64,000 nucleotides of DNA from Mucilaginibacter sp. (lineage in GTDB: Bacteria > Bacteroidota > Bacteroidia > Sphingobacteriales > Sphingobacteriaceae). Positions within the stretch are counted from its first letter, which is position 1. Each line of letters starts with the position of its first letter. The translations under genes and the position numbers were made by a program. The DNA lies in NCBI GenBank assembly GCA_028288025.1, contig JAQBOM010000014.1, forward strand, positions 26,477 through 90,476, written 5' to 3'. This document shows, piece after piece, positions 62,349 to 64,000 of the stretch. The notes below the pieces were generated by a model that made no database searches, was not told the origin of the DNA, and saw only the letters and a list, made by a program, of their open reading frames with translations.

Positions 62349-62732
62349 ATGAAATCAGTAATAATATTTACAGCTCTGCTCTTAGTAATTGCAGTTGGTT
62401 TTACTTCGTGTTATAAGGATGTTAATGTTCCAACGCCTGCCACCGATCCTAACGGACCACCGCAACAATGGAGTTATGTAAAAAATATTGAGCCATTGTT
62501 TATAACCAATTGTGCCTTGTCAGGCTGCCATGTGGCGGGCTCACAAAAACCCAATCTTGGGCAAGGCATATCATATCTCAGCCTTGTAAATGGCGGGTAT
62601 GTTAACACACTTGTGCCTGCCCAAAGCGTGCTTTATATCATGATAAACGGAAACATGCAGGAACATATTCAGAGTGCAGCAGACCGAAAGAAGATTTACG
62701 ACTGGATTAGAACTGGTGCGCTTAATAATTAA
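62349..62732 (+). CDS. Small lipoprotein with CX4CH motif (paralogue of 59395..59799)
   Basis: 127 aa with lipobox GFTSC. IEPLFITNCALSGCH...SVLYIMINGNMQEH...IYDWIRTGALNN. Confidence 0.65.
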   Translation: MKSVIIFTALLLVIAVGFTSCYKDVNVPTPATDPNGPPQQWSYVKNIEPLFITNCALSGCHVAGSQKPNLGQGISYLSLVNGGYVNTLVPAQSVLYIMINGNMQEHIQSAADRKKIYDWIRTGALNN

Positions 62733-62752
62733 CCCACCTAAAAAAAGATAAC

Positions 62753-63715
62753 GTGAAACTAAATATAAATTTCCAGAAACGACTGTTTGCAACATGCCTT
62801 GCCAGCAGTCTGCTATTCATTCAGACTGCTGCGAGCGGCCAGGATACCACAGCAGCAAAAGAAAGAGTTGGCGCGGTAAAAGCTAAACCGGTAAAAAACA
62901 CTTTTCAAAGTACATGGATAATTGATAACCAAACTGTAATGGTGCCTGTAAAAGGTACTTTTGAAATGGATATTATGCACAGGTTTGGAACCGTCACCAA
63001 AGGTTATGACGATCTTTGGGGATTATTTGCATCTTCAAATATCCGAATTGGGGTTGATTATGCACCTATAAATAACCTGTACCTGGGCGTCGGCCTTGAT
63101 AAATATGATCAGCTTTGGGATGGAAGCGCAAAGTTCGCTATAGTTAAGCAAACCAGAGGCAGCATGCCAGTCAGTGTCACCTACTATGGCGATCTGACCA
63201 TTGACTCAAGGAAAGATCCTACGCATGACATTTTCAACCGTTCATCCGACCGGATTTACTCTTTTAATCAACTGATTATCGCGAGAAAGATCAGCGACAA
63301 ACTTTCATTACAGGTAGCGCCAAGCATCTCGCATCAGAATGCGGTAGCGGGGTATTATGTGAAAGTAGATAGTACCAGAACAACATTATTCGAAAGAATG
63401 AAACACGACCATTTCGCAGTTTCGGTCGCGGGCAGGTACAAAATAGGAGAAGCAACTGCCGTATTATTAAATTACGATCAGCCAATTACAGCACATGCCA
63501 CTGATAATCCAACCCCTAATCTATCATTTGGGTTTGAATTTAGCACAAGCGGTCATACATTTCAACTGTTTATGGGAAACTATTCCTTGCTAAACCCCGC
63601 TAAAAACAACCTGTTCAATGTAAACAGCCCTTTTAACTACAGCCAAACTGGCGGTACCAAAGTGAAAGGCGGTATGTTCCTGATCGGGTTTAATATTACC
63701 CGGTTGTGGAATTGA
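62753..63715 (+). CDS. Outer-membrane beta-barrel protein (paralogue of 59810..60787)
   Basis: 320 aa with a GTG start. It shares NTF.....IIDNQTVMVP.KGTFE.DI.HRFG, MPVS.TY.G, FNQ.IIARK.SDK.S.QVAPS.SH and the terminal FLIGFNITRLWN with the first barrel. Confidence 0.7.
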   Translation: MKLNINFQKRLFATCLASSLLFIQTAASGQDTTAAKERVGAVKAKPVKNTFQSTWIIDNQTVMVPVKGTFEMDIMHRFGTVTKGYDDLWGLFASSNIRIGVDYAPINNLYLGVGLDKYDQLWDGSAKFAIVKQTRGSMPVSVTYYGDLTIDSRKDPTHDIFNRSSDRIYSFNQLIIARKISDKLSLQVAPSISHQNAVAGYYVKVDSTRTTLFERMKHDHFAVSVAGRYKIGEATAVLLNYDQPITAHATDNPTPNLSFGFEFSTSGHTFQLFMGNYSLLNPAKNNLFNVNSPFNYSQTGGTKVKGGMFLIGFNITRLWN

Positions 63716-63936
63716 AAATACGGCCGGTTATAACATGCAACCGGTGTATATTTTCAGACTGTTTTTAAAATGAATAATTAAGATGAAATGCAATTTAACG
63801 ATGTTGACCTCAATATGTGCAGTAACCACAAGGGGCGCCGCATATGTGAATTATATAACATCTTTCATTAATTGTATAACTCCTTTTAGATTAAAGCACT
63901 CAATTTTATATAATTATTAACTTAAGAATTATAACT

Positions 63937-64000
63937 ATGAAAAGTAAATTAATATTAGCGGCTTCCGTATTGACCGTATGTACGATGAGCCTGGCATTTA
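63937..64000 (+). CDS. Start of a secreted/lipoprotein gene, truncated by the right edge
   Basis: ATG at 63937 gives MKSKLILAASVLTVCTMSLAF..., which is signal-peptide-like. Only 21 codons are visible. Confidence 0.4.
   Translation, partial: MKSKLILAASVLTVCTMSLAF

Overview
This 64-kb window appears to come from a Bacteroidota chromosome. The evidence is the gene content, many lipoprotein-type signal peptides, a TAnnTTTG-type -7 box and HK families typical of the phylum. A Sphingobacteriia origin (Mucilaginibacter/Pedobacter-like) is only my inference.

Layout:
- (1) 1-9.3 kb: surface-polysaccharide biosynthesis cluster (MBOAT acyltransferase, two GT-B glycosyltransferases, AsnB-type amidotransferase, SDR epimerase, WecA-like initiating transferase fusion, polytopic membrane protein).
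- (2) 9.5-27.4 kb: mixed housekeeping and signalling genes. These include an isolated PLD + patatin phospholipase operon, SDR, inorganic pyrophosphatase, CinA-C, an FAD/Rieske oxidoreductase, two paralogous sensor kinases with a receiver and a receiver-nucleotidyl-cyclase, YitT and an HD hydrolase.
- (3) 27.4-28.5 kb: 1.1 kb with no ORF of 60 aa or more, but with hairpin clusters and palindromes.
- (4) 28.5-52.7 kb, the stand-out: a tightly packed, co-directional block. It holds three paralogous fibre-like proteins, a small lipoprotein, a ~2,180-aa SpvB/TcB-N-terminal-like giant (split by a 1-nt frame change), a 251-aa secreted protein, a 2,914-aa RHS/YD-repeat polymorphic toxin with its immunity gene, an orphan rhs C-terminal cassette and two further immunity-like genes. 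No recognisable T6SS, T9SS-CTD, TcA or two-partner secretion component lies in the window.
- (5) 52.7-53.8 kb: scar region (relic of a paralogous giant gene, tRNA-Ser 3' fragment, repeat motifs).
- (6) 53.8-57.4 kb: REC-cNMP-Crp regulator with ldhA-like and hemN (low-oxygen genes).
- (7) 58-63.7 kb: two paralogous modules of lipoprotein + small Cys-x4-Cys-His lipoprotein + beta-barrel.

I saw no rRNA, intact tRNA, CRISPR array, transposase or integrase. All functional calls rest on motifs read by eye from the supplied translations. No database search was run.
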